Of a DNA stretch of 44,190 bases, positions 24,601-36,497 are shown in pieces (position 1 is the first letter of the stretch; every line of letters begins with the position of its first letter). The stretch comes from Octopus sinensis (taxonomy: Eukaryota), in the NCBI RefSeq assembly GCF_006345805.1, contig NW_021835451.1, positions 1 through 44,190 on the forward strand. Direction: 5' to 3'. A program made the translations under genes and the position numbers. The notes beneath the pieces were generated by a model. The model was given only the letters and a program-made list of their open reading frames with translations, was not told where the DNA came from and made no database searches.

Positions 24601-25704
24601 GCATCAAACTTTAAGTACGTCATTTTTTAAATATCTCTCGCGACTTATAACATCATATCGTGAGGATTTAAATTAACAATATATACTTCGATCACTTTGA
24701 ATTCTGATCATCAGTTGTTTTTTTTTTGTCAATTCATATGAGTTTTTTTTTAGGCCGGTTCATAGTTTTTGTACAAGGACTGCCTCGTGATGAGGTCAAT
24801 AAGAAGGGCTGTACCAATGTTGTAGCTTTCAGTGGAATGAACCATCCCATGGCCGATTTCCTGACCTCCGAATGTCGTGGAAGGAGGTGAGGCAGTTATC
24901 CTACTCCAGATACCCTCTTACTCCACATGTACTATGAATGCTTGCCTCAGCTATGCTTGTTCAAGCTACATGTGTCTCATACTGGATTTGAACTGAGAAT
25001 CTTTAGGCGTGAACTCGACCAATGATGCAGGTACATCAGACATAACTTTATTACCTGAAGTCCCGATATAACATTTTGTAGTTCAGACTCAGTCTGGACT
25101 GTGTACGTATTAAGGAAAAAGGTAAACGGTGAGCTGTCTTGGTCTTGTCGAAATACCGTCTAGGGTGTACGTATTGTAAAGAAACTCGCTCAACAAGAGC
25201 TTATATAAACTAGTAAATTACACTTGTGCTTATAAACGAAAAGAATAAACAAATAAATGATGAAGAGAAACAGTGGATTGGATACGCGTACATTTGACGG
25301 TTGATTATACGTAGGAATGTTAGCTAATGAATGATAAAGGCGATGAAGAGGTTATGTTTGGTTAGAGGCAAAGTATTGAAGAGAGTGGCTTCCAGCCACT
25401 TTAAGTTATGTCCTTTTCAGAGTTCATCTCACCACAATCAGCTATCTACACAAGAAGGCATTGAATATATCACTGTGCATATGCATGTGTATTTATATGG
25501 ATTTATGTAAATTTATGTGTCCGCATGTGCATATATGAATATTTTATCACATGCTCCAGTGAGAAATATTAATGTTTATCTACGAGAAATTTACATAAAT
25601 GTGGTAGAATTTCGCTTAAAGATGAGGTGCCATATAATCAGTGTTTAAATTAAAGTCCTTGTGATGCTGTTTCGAATTTCTGTTCCTCTCTAATTGCTCC
25701 ATAG

Positions 25705-25866
25705 AACCCCGAGGAAATTATTTGTTTTCAAACTATCAGTGCTAAATGGCTGCCGTTTAGGATTCGAAGTAGACAAAGCTATTATTAATACCAAGTGGAA
25801 TAACCAGTGAAAATATTCTTGGGTTTAGAAGTGTTTCTGAAAATGTAACACTGAAAATGTTATCAG
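25705..25866 (+). other. Candidate spliced exon, non-coding or 5'UTR with ATG near the end (MLS-)
   Basis: Acceptor ttctgttcctctctaattgctccatag| and strong donor CAG|gtaagc; all three frames contain stops. Confidence 0.35.
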
Positions 25867-25943
25867 GTAAGCAATAACAAATATAGATATAGTTACCTTG
25901 TAATCTTATACTCTATAATTTTGTATGCATTATGTTAATTCCA

Positions 25944-26234
25944 GTGGAGACACATGGCCTAGTGGTTAGAGCAGCGGTTTCGCGGTCGACGGATCGCGGT
26001 TTCGAATCTGAGACCGGGCGATGTGTGTGTTTACGAGTGAAACACCTAAGCTCCACGCGGCTCCAGCAGAAGGTAATGGCGAACTTCTGCTGACTCATTC
26101 GCCACAACTTTCTCTCACTCTTTCCTCTTGCATCATGTAGCTCACCTGCGACGGACCGGCATCCCGTCCAGGTGAGGAACCTATACGCCAAGGAAACCGG
26201 CCCTTATGAACCAGGCGTAGCTCGAGAAGGAACA
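25944..26234 (+). mobile_element. Young full-length SINE family C with a 12-bp target-site duplication
   Basis: A box TGGCCTAGTGG, B box GTTTCGAATCT; TSD ATGTTAATTCCA at 25932-25943 and 26235-26246. Confidence 0.95.
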
Positions 26235-26296
26235 ATGTTAATTCCAAAAGTAATGTGTATCGTGTGTAATTCTATTTGACATTTTGCATGTTATAT

Positions 26297-26588
26297 GGCA
26301 TTAGCGCTCCGATCAACGGGACAGCATGTTCGTGAGATTAAAATGCAAGTGGCTGAGTACTCCACAGACATGTATACCTTTAACGTTATTCTCAGGGAGA
26401 TTCAGCATGCCGCAGAACCTGGCGAGGCTGACCCTTTCAAATACAGGTGTTACGCCCTTTTGCCAGTTGAGTGAACTGAATCTATGTGAAATAAATTGCC
26501 TCGCTCAAGGACACTAAGCGCCGTAAGGAATTGAACTACGATCGTATGATTGAGAACCGATTACCCTAACCACGAAGCCACGCACCTT
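26297..26588 (-). mobile_element. tRNA-derived SINE, family D
   Basis: Minus-strand head tggcttcgtggttaggg...gtagttcaattcc, then gtgtccttgagcgagg; head related to 40757-40985. Confidence 0.75.
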
Positions 26589-27404
26589 CATGCACGTTAT
26601 CGAATTATATTTTATATATATATATATATCATATGTTATGCATTTCAGCAATTACATCGTTTTGGTAGTTAACACCGAGCTGCAAACTTCATCTCAAATC
26701 ATCTCACACTATCCAGTCTATTAGGTACAAAAAAAAATTTAAATAATCCAATCTCGTCTAATTCCAGACATAACTCTTGATGTATGGGCATGGTTGGAAT
26801 GTTTCTGACGTGTCAGTCATATGATGAGGGACGATCCAGCTCTGATACTCACGTAGAGTTAACGGGTGTGTTTAAATTTCCTCTGTACAATGTGTAATTT
26901 GCGTCTGTCAGTCTCCACGGAGCGATGTGAGGAGGATTTGGCTGTTCTTTCGCTCAAAATGATTTGGGGCTTGTTTGATGTGGGCTCCACTTCTGATACA
27001 AGTCATCTTAATCTTGTAAATCTATAATCAAAATATCCAAACTTTGACGATATCATCGATTTCTGTTCCCGAGCGTATATTTCAAATCTTTTGAAAATGT
27101 AGGATGTTCTTCAACGGAGATTTAGCTGCTAAATATACTACGTCGAACAAAATCGAAATCATGATAACATTTGTAATTAACCTACATTCAGAACCGGCAT
27201 TAGAGCATCAACATGCCTACAATAAAAGAATAACGGGAATTGGGGAGAGAGTGAAATTCGAACACGTATCTCAAGATTCATCGGCTTAATGATTGTCGTA
27301 TGCTAATAAAAATCCCTCCGTCTTCTAGGCTATTAACATTTATACAGATGCACACATACGTGTGTGTGTGAGTGTAAGTGCGTACATATTCATATATATA
27401 TATA

Positions 27405-27460
27405 TATATATATACATAAATACCTGTATATATATATATATGCATATACATAAATACCTG

Positions 27461-27499
<39 letters not shown>

Positions 27500-27670
27500 G
27501 CATATACATAAATACCTGTATATATATATATATATATGCTATACATAAATACCTGTATATATATATATATATATATATACATAAATACCTGTATATATAC
27601 ATATACATACGTAGACATAAATAGTTGTGTATATATATATGCATACATATATACATAAATAGTTGTATGT
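27405..27670. repeat. Minisatellite: acataaatacctg x5 and acataaatagttg x2 with variable (TA)n spacers
   Basis: Direct reading. Confidence 0.9.
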
Positions 27671-27688
27671 ATGTATATATATATATAT

Positions 27689-27863
27689 AACTATATATTA
27701 GGGTATCTGAGAGATACCACCATGCTGAAACAGCAGTCAAAACCTTGACTCTAAAACCAACTTAAATCATCATATCGCCCCCGGGCGCGATATGAAAATT
27801 CAAGGTGGTTTTAGGGTCAAGGTTTTGACTGTTATTATCTCTCAGATAACCTAATTTATAGTT
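27689..27863. mobile_element. 175-bp fold-back MITE-like palindrome
   Basis: Outer arms 26/28 identical, middle arms 28/30 (27734-27763 vs 27802-27831), inner arms CATATCGC/GCGATATG. Confidence 0.9.
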
Positions 27864-28120
27864 TTAAAAATAATGCCTTTGTATGGTATTTATTCCCATG
27901 CTGGCCACTTCATAAAATCGATATTTAAATATCGATATTATCCTTATTTATAAACTTATATATATAAATATATATATACATACATTCATATTTGCATTTT
28001 TTAGTCTACATTCTTATGCACAAGCACATACTTACACACACACACACACACACACACAATATTGACATCAACAGTAAAGGTATATATATATTATAAGTAT
28101 ATATATTTTCACAAACGCAG

Positions 28121-28142
28121 GAGATGATGACGTAGAGAAATG
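28121..28142 (+). other. Candidate 22-nt micro-exon ((G)DDDVEK, or ending on ATG)
   Basis: tattttcacaaacgcag|GAGATGATGACGTAGAGAAATG|gtaaga; phase-compatible with the ATG frame of 25705-25866. Confidence 0.3.
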
Positions 28143-28338
28143 GTAAGAATTTATTTATAATAATTTTGATGTCAACCTCTCCTACTTAAGATTTCTTCAG
28201 CAATTCTGACATCAATTGTGTTGATGTGTATCGATCTGTTTTAGCATTACGCCAAATACTCTTATACACATAAACACAACACACACACATACAACACATA
28301 CACATATATACATACACACTTGCATATATATAATATAT

Positions 28339-28375
<37 letters not shown>

Positions 28376-28683
28376 CAGCGATATATATGTGTGTATTAGC
28401 AGATATTTCTTTACTGCGTTCGATAACAACATAACAGGTATTAAGGAGGAGATAAATGCGGAGAGACAAAGTACTTCGGGAACGTAAAGATCGCATGATG
28501 TCGAAACGCAGGAAATGTGTTCCGAGAAGGTTCGCTATGATTGTAGGAATTAAAGCAACAATTGTGAAGGAATTTAAGAATCTCTCTCAACTGCTAAACC
28601 TATCACTCTAACACACACACACTCGCTCTCTCTCTCTCTCTCTGCATACACACATACATATGCATATATAATGCCTGTGCATG

Positions 28684-28741
<58 letters not shown>

Positions 28742-29350
28742 CATCCATATATACATATACACACATACATTTATATACACACGTATACATATGTATACAA
28801 ATATACATATATATATATACACACATATATATACATATAGATGTACATATACATAAATGTATATATACACACATATATATACATTATATATATGCATATA
28901 TATATACATATATACGTGTTTATATATATATAATTTAACAATTAAGGATAACTTCTTAATAAGGAATCTTAACAAGAAATTATCAGGTAGATAGCGTGAA
29001 AAATCTCATAAGAGAAAAATTTTGAAAATAATTTTTTCTTATTGAACATATTAATTTATATATAGAGGGCATTATTACACATACATGCCACACGCTAAGA
29101 GGGACATTAGTCATTTCTACCAAAAAATTTTACTAATCATACCCAATGCAATTTTTCCAAAGCCAGACATTTAAAAAATGAATTTAGTCTTGTATCACCT
29201 GTGATTTCGTACTTATCGCAGATTCGACCGTACTCATCAGCAAGACTGATTCTGAACATATCATAAATAAAGGAACCTGTACCGTCAAAGCCTAACAGCT
29301 ATCTGGTATATATATATAATCAAAATATACAACAAGGATATCCAGAGGTA

Positions 29351-29573
29351 ACGATCGTTTCAAGTAACTTCATTTAATTGAACAATGCAATCATTACATC
29401 AATTTAGCTTCTCAGCTTACTTTCTTGGAGATTTTAAGTAAGCTTATACTAAATTGTCCATCTGTTTTAACTTAACTAAATTCTATGTCTTTGTGCAGCT
29501 GAGGATTGCTCTGCATTTAAATTGATGTAATAATTGCATTGTTCAATTAAATGGAGTTACTTGAAACGATCGT
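29351..29573. mobile_element. MITE with 56-bp terminal inverted repeats (54/56 identical), probably TA-target
   Basis: acgatcgtttcaagtaac...catcaattta / taaattgatg...gttacttgaaacgatcgt; TA at or next to both ends. Confidence 0.9.
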
Positions 29574-29637
29574 ACTACATATTACCGTACTAAATTCTGG
29601 TGCCTCAACTTAACTACAATGTTCCTGTGTGTGTGTG

Positions 29638-29672
<35 letters not shown>

Positions 29673-29959
29673 CATACACGAAGCTAGAGGTACATGCTCG
29701 TATCTGTATATGCATCGGAGTGTGGTTTTATAGATAGATAGATAGATAGAAGATAGATATTTTTGTGGAACAAGCAAGGGAAATAAAAGTCGATGTACAA
29801 CCTCATGGCTGGGTACAACACAAAGCTCACGCCACTAGAGTCATGTCGATGTGTCTATGTGGATGTGTGCCTTTGCGACTGTATGTGTAACTAGACGTGA
29901 CATATGTAAGGAAGCAAGTTAATGCTTAAACGCAGGAAACAGAATCTTACTTTTATATG

Positions 29960-30000
<41 letters not shown>

Positions 30001-30055
30001 TATATATATATATATATAACATATACATATATATATATATATATTATATATAATA

Positions 30056-30100
<45 letters not shown>

Positions 30101-30211
30101 CTATATAGATATATATATATATATATATATACATATATCTATATGTATATATAGGAATGCACGTATATCTGTATATGTATGTGTGTGTTATATATATATA
30201 TATATACTTTA

Positions 30212-30328
30212 TTTAAAGCAGCAGAAAATTGTACACAACCTGTTACTCTGAGTTTCCCGTTGCCGTTCATCGGACAGTTTTTGCAACGCGAAACTCAGAG
30301 TAACAGGTTTTGTAACTGCTGCTTTAAA
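30212..30328. repeat. Nested perfect inverted repeat (13-bp and 19-bp arms)
   Basis: TTTAAAGCAGCAG/CTGCTGCTTTAAA and ACCTGTTACTCTGAGTTTC/GAAACTCAGAGTAACAGGT, plus inner cgttgc/gcaacg. Confidence 0.92.
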
Positions 30329-31084
30329 TGAAGCATATTACTCTACCACTGGTATTTGAGTACTCTTTCTTTCCACCTTGTTTCACATTTATGTGTTTAC
30401 TCCGGTATATATATCTATCTATATATCTATATATATATACATATATAGATATAGATATACATATGTGTGTGTGTGTATGAGCACATGTGTATGTGTTCCT
30501 ATATATATATATATATATATATATTTATGTATATGCATGTATGTATATTTATATGTATGTCGGAGAGAGGAGAGAAAAGCAAAATAAAGAATATATATAA
30601 CATTAGTGTGTAGCGATGGGATGTCTTTGTATTAGTGACATAAGGAAAAAATATCTCGTACGTGTTGCTCGTGGGTAAACAAGTTAGATGGAAGAATACA
30701 AACCAAAAAAGAGACGAAACACGGTGTAAAATTTGCAGACACATTCGTACTGACGGATACACGCGTATGCTTAGATACAAAATCAATACGGAATTTCGGT
30801 AAGGAGCTGTAGGGCACCGGTTGGCGATTGAAGAAGAAATTCAGAATGAAGGAAAAAGAGGTTTTATCCAGTAAAAGAAGAAGAAAAAAAAACATAATAA
30901 AACACAAATGTAAAAATGTAGATGACAAAACAAAAAAATATAAATAGCAGAATACAGATAATAATAATAATAATAATAATAATATTGGTACTGATGACGA
31001 TGGTGGTGGTGGTAGTAAAGATGATATAAACAAAAGTGAAAATAGGAATAGTATTAGTAGTAGTAGTAGTAGTAGTAGTAGTAG

Positions 31085-32311
31085 CATAATTTCAAATATT
31101 TTGCACAAGGCCAGCAGATCCGGGAGAAAGGGTGTGTGGTGGTTTGATAGACATTGGTGCACAATTTTATCGAGCCCCAAAATATGAGGCAAAATCGACC
31201 TCGTCGGAATTTGACCTCTTAATAATAATAATGATCATAATAATGATAATAATAATAATAATTGTTTCAAATGTTGGCACATGGCCAGCAATTTCGTGGG
31301 AGTGAACTTGTCGATTATATCGACCCCAGTGTTTCACTGGTACTTATTTTATCGATCGCGAAACGATGAAAGGTAAAGTGGACCTCGGTAGAATTTTAAC
31401 TCAGAACGTAAAGATGGACGAAATGCCGCTAAGCCTACCCCCCCCCCCGGTGTGCTAACGATTCTGCCAGCTCGCCGCCTTAATAATTATTTCTATTTAA
31501 GGCACAAGGCCTGGAATTCGTGGGGAGGGGACGAGTCGATTACATCATCCGCGGTGTTTCACTGGTAATTATTTTATCGACCCAGAAACGATGAATAGCA
31601 GAGTCGACTCAGAATGTGAGGACAGGTGAAGTACCGCTACGAACTTCGCCCGGCGTGCTAACCATTCTGCCACCTTCTTCATAATAACGCTTTCTACTAT
31701 AGGTACAAGTTCCGAAATTCTGGCGGAGGGGACGAGTTGATCACATCGACCCCAGTGACCTATAGTAATAATCAACGACTTGACAATAAAAATTATCCTT
31801 TCTACTGAAGCTACAATGTCTGAAATTTGGGGGAGTGGGGGCAGTCTACATTCATAGACACTGAAAAGATGAAAGGCAAAGTCGCTCTCGACTCAATTGG
31901 AACTCAGAACGTAAAGACGGACGAAATGCCGCTATGTATTTCGTCCAGCATGCTAACGATTATGCCACCTCGCCGCCACCTTCGTAATAATCCTTTCTAT
32001 TATATGTACAAGGCCTGAAATTTTGTGGGGGCTGAATAGACGGTCACATCGACCCCAATGTGCACCTGGTACCTATTTGATCGGCGCCGAAAGGATGAAA
32101 GGAAAAGTCGACACCGGCGGAATTTGAACGCAGAATGTGAATATGGACGAAATATCGACCCCAGTGCGTAACTGGTACTTAAATAATCGACCCCGAAAGG
32201 ATGAAAGGCAAAGTCGACCTCGGCGGAATTTGAACTCACAACGTAACGGCAGACGAAATACTGCCACGCAATTCACCTGGCGTGCTAACCATTCTACCAG
32301 CATGCCGCCTT
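31085..32311 (-). mobile_element. Head-to-tail stack of about 7 SINE family A segments with short (TAA)n spacers
   Basis: Repeated caaggcc, atcgaccccag, aggatgaaagg.aaagtcgac, ggaatttgaac.cagaacgt and gtgctaac.attctgcca units, all in one orientation. Confidence 0.9.
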
Positions 32312-32690
32312 CATAATAATAATAGTTATAAGAGGGATCGGTTATTTTTATATGTTTTTCCTTTTTATCTCTGTTTTATCATCTATTAATGTCTGAAAAG
32401 TTTAAATAAGGCAGAAAAAGATCTGGAGTTAATACTAATATCGTAGCCTGGAATTATAACTACAACGAAACGGATTTTGTTGGGAAGTTCTAAAAAATAC
32501 TCCATTTTCTATTTGTAAATTTTATTTTTTCTTTCTTTTTTTTTTTTACTTTTTTGTTTGGTGAATGGAGAAATTCTGACTTGGAGAGGAACGCATAATA
32601 TTGATGATAAGGTGGAGGAGAAGATGATGAGAATAATGGTGTTTCTGATGAGAGAAAAAAAAAACAGTTGATGGATGATGTAGCAGAAAT

Positions 32691-32771
<81 letters not shown>

Positions 32772-33119
32772 TGTTGTTGTTGTTACTGTTATTTAACGCT
32801 GGTCAATAAAATCTTGCAATGACCATCACGTCTCACTCACGGGATCAAATTACCCATAATTCCGATGTGTCTAAAATAGTAAAGCGTCAGATATTTACGG
32901 TATTTTGTTGCTATTTCTTGCTTGAGTAGTTGTCAATGAGGGGAACAAATATTGTTTTTCTGCCAAAGACATCGTTGATTATCTCCATAGCGGATGTTGA
33001 AACACCGGAGCTGCTAAACATAGCAGAGCAATCTCCCTCAATCATACTTATATCATCGTAACCTTGATACAATTAATGACAAAAAAAAAAATCAATATTT
33101 ACAGGATTTCAACACAGAA

Positions 33120-33340
33120 CCAAAATAAATACAAATCAAAACCGGAAGTGATCTTTCAGTCTTTCTCATTTTTACTTTCACTTTCACTATTGAGCTCGCC
33201 CTTCGGAAATATGAACGAACACACCGGATAACTGAAATGGTTAAATCGAAGAAGAAGAACAAACTGAAACGGAAATTTTCCGAAATGTTTCAATGTGATC
33301 AACTGCTGCGGGCTTTTTCGCGAAAATAATTATCATTCAT
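33120..33340. promoter_or_regulatory. Candidate housekeeping/cell-cycle promoter (ETS + E2F-like motifs)
   Basis: ACCGGAAGTG at 33141-33150, several CGGAAA/TTCCG, palindromic TTTTCGCGAAAA at 33315-33326; locally CpG-rich. Confidence 0.4.
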
Positions 33341-34251
33341 TCGTATTTCCATCTCAAATTAATGTAGTACATTTTTCTTCTGTCTTCTGTTACTTCTCTC
33401 TCTTTTTCTCTTTCTCTCTCTCCCTCTTTTCTCTCTCTCTCTCTCTCTCTTCAGGATATTCTTGTTTAACTGCTTTGCCTGAACTGGTATAAACCTATAC
33501 GCATCTGCATTTTGCACTGAAGATGCACAAAACGAGGAAGCGGAAGCGTATACAGAATTAGTGAATATTAAATACTTAGTATCAAATACACAAGAAGACA
33601 TTTAGCTTTTAATTGTCCAAAACGCGTTTGCAACATCTCGAAAAAAAAAAAAGAAAGGATAAGCAATGCTTTTCTCATATATTTCATTCTTCTATGCCAG
33701 GCTATATCGTCTAATATATCGTACCTTCTTTCAGACGATGCAGAATAATTTCAATGAAATTTACCTACCATAACTAGCATTTCACTTGACTACGCATAAG
33801 TCAGAAGTACTTTCGATAAACAAAATTTTAAATATAATTTGTGATGTAGGTGTGTGTTGAGTGGTTGGTTCGGTGCTGGGTTCAGTAACCTTTGTTGTTA
33901 GCCTACAACCACAGAGATCTACAACGCACAACTCTTAAAAACTTGAATCTTTTCTGAAAGCTTAAAGATTTATCTTCGCACAGCCTAGCTTTTAGCATTT
34001 CGTCTTTGTATTTCAAAATCTTTTAATTCAGACAGCTTAGCAAATATCAGTTGTTGTTTCTCTCGACTGGAATTTCTTGTCTTACTTTCTTACATTTGTC
34101 TCGAAACTAAAGTGAATCTTTGATTTTTTAGTTTCTTTCTGCTTTTTGTTACTGTTAACCTCGAATCAGTCTTGTAATCCAAAAGCGCCGAGAGCGGTTT
34201 CTCCTACCTTATTTTCAACTTCATTTTTCAATCAATCTTTTCAATGTTAAG

Positions 34252-34348
34252 AGAATATTTGTGTGATTGGGCAGGTACTTGGCAGGAATGGTTAAAGCTA
34301 GAACTACTGATAGAAAACAAATCTTGGGAGAGGTTATTAACAAGGACG
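34252..34348 (+). CDS. Candidate exon with a start codon at 34288 (MVKARTTDRKQILGEVINKD-)
   Basis: T-rich acceptor, consensus donor ACG|gtaagt, ~1 kb downstream of the promoter-like cluster; product not recognised. Confidence 0.25.
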
Positions 34349-34511
34349 GTAAGTCTGACTTCGAAATTGGCTGAGAGGAGGTTGCACCAAGATAACCGCA
34401 AAATTAGACATGTTGCTGGCTCAATTCGATTCCTCACATTCCTGTAGGTTTCGAATACATACATGAAATTATACGTACAGCAATTTCAGTATATATATAT
34501 ATGTGTGTGTG

Positions 34512-34552
<41 letters not shown>

Positions 34553-35378
34553 GTATGTGTGAGTAAGTGAGTGTATATATGCATCACATATACAAGAAAG
34601 AGAGAGAGGGTAGGGAGATATATAGAGAAAGACTACATACATCTCTTTATTTAGTTATGTATGCATATATATATATATACATATATACATACGGGGAGAG
34701 AGTGGGGGAGAGATTTTAAGAGGGAGAGAGAGAGAGATGCTCTATGCGTGTTTGTATGTAATTGTTTACGTAAAAACGTAGTGTTCGTACTCATTCCAAA
34801 TTGTTATCGACTTCTATAACTATGGCTCTCAGATATCAAAGCTGGGTTTTTAGAAAATATTTGTCAAATAGCTCTGACAATTGTGACAAAGTAACAGGAG
34901 TGTTTCTGTGGTGGTGGTGGCGATCTAGGGTGACAGTGGCGTCGGCGACAGCGGCGGCGTTGCTGTGATTTCTCCTCTGGGTCTCCAGTGAATTTGATGG
35001 CAGTTTGAAGAAATGGACTCTAATGCGATGCAGACTCTGTTTATGGTACTGTCAAAAATGGTACTTAAATGATTAGTGTGCGTGATGGTGACCAGATTTA
35101 GTTCTGATGTAGACATCGGATGTGCATGATTTCAGGAAGGAGGCGAAGTGTTGTGGTGGCGTCGCCGTGGTTTCAAAGGTGGCGGTGGTATAATTTCTAA
35201 TATGATGAAAGTGGTTCTGTGGTTGGGAGTGTCACTTGTGATATTGGTGGCGATGGCGGTGCCGGCGGCGACGGTAGTTGTGGAGGTGAGATTGATTATA
35301 ATATAGAGCTGGTTTTACTGATATAACAAATAGCATACAAGCCTTTGACTGTGTTCATTAAACAGGTGAATTACTTAC

Positions 35379-35418
35379 CGCGTCGGTCTTTGAAGTCGCC
35401 ACAATTATTACACAGTAC
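35379..35418 (-). CDS. Candidate 40-nt coding exon VLCNNCGDFKDRR (CxxC half-site)
   Basis: T-rich tract + tatctatacag| acceptor and consensus donor GCG|gtaagt; open phase-0 frame. Confidence 0.35.
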
Positions 35419-35744
35419 CTGTATAGATACATACACACGCAAAAAATAAAACAAACACACACTCTCTTATATATAAAGTACGAATAGACACATAGACATG
35501 TATGTGTTGGTGTGCTTTCGTGTTTGCATGCGATGGTTTATTAATGAGCAGCTGACAGAGCCATGAGTCTAGTGGAAGGTTCCTGATCTTTTCAAAAGAT
35601 TTCAAAGCCTTGAAAGAGAATAAGTTTGTTGGGTGGTCATTGAGAAACAAATATATTTGCTTTAATTGAAGAAGAAATAAGGATGTTATGCTGTAACTCT
35701 TCATTGTGCGTACAAACAACTCCAAAAGCTACATATATATCAAT

Positions 35745-35920
35745 ATGAATGTAGCGTAGGCGTGTGGTAAAAAGCTCATTTCCCAATCAGATGTTTTTAC
35801 GTTCAATCCCACCGCTTGGAACCTTGGGCAGTTGTCCTCCACTGTAGCATCGGGTCGACCAAGCCCTTTTGACTGAATTCGGTAGACAAAAGCTGAAAGA
35901 TGTTCGTCGTATCACATTGC
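35745..35920 (+). mobile_element. SINE family B, 5' half
   Basis: gtgtggtaaaaagc..ttccc, gttcaatccc, ccttgggcag, gggtcgaccaag, ggtagac..aactgaaaga-like. Confidence 0.8.
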
Positions 35921-36497
35921 TTTTGCAAGGCCCAACTTTCGACAGGTGCCTTTTACGTGCCGCTGACACGGGTGCCAATAAAGTGACACCAACAACGGAC
36001 AACTATGATTTGTCTTGGCTTGACAGGTCTTCCGCCAAAGGTCTCGGTCCCTCGGCAGGAAACTTAGCTAAGATAACTAATTGTAAAGAGAGGCTAGCAT
36101 GTATTAGAAGTAACGAGAAAACGGTTATATTTGAGAATTGCCTGACGAAATAGTCTCTACTTTAAATACATTTAGACCAGTCACTTCATGAGAAATTGTA
36201 AAAAATCGAGATGTGAAGGGGAGATAATCTCAAGAACCAAGTCGTTCTCAGCTTCACCAAGGAAAATTAGTTTGTTTGAAGACAAAAGGACGGTCGTGGA
36301 CACGTGTCTCTGTTCTCTATGAGCACATAAAATGGACTATTTAATACCTCATACTCCAGCATATATGACATACACAAACACGTGTATATATGGTCATCTC
36401 TCCTTCTCTTCTCCACTCCCGCTCTCTCCATGTGTGTTCCATTCTTCCTGTCTCTATCTCTCTGTCTCTCACGCTTTCTGAAGCATATTTATATCAA

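Noticed and set aside
25944-26030. tRNA-like heads (also at 1945-2018, 5433, 7082, 26500-26588 and 40757) as tRNA genes
   Set aside because: They lack complete cloverleafs and continue into SINE bodies.
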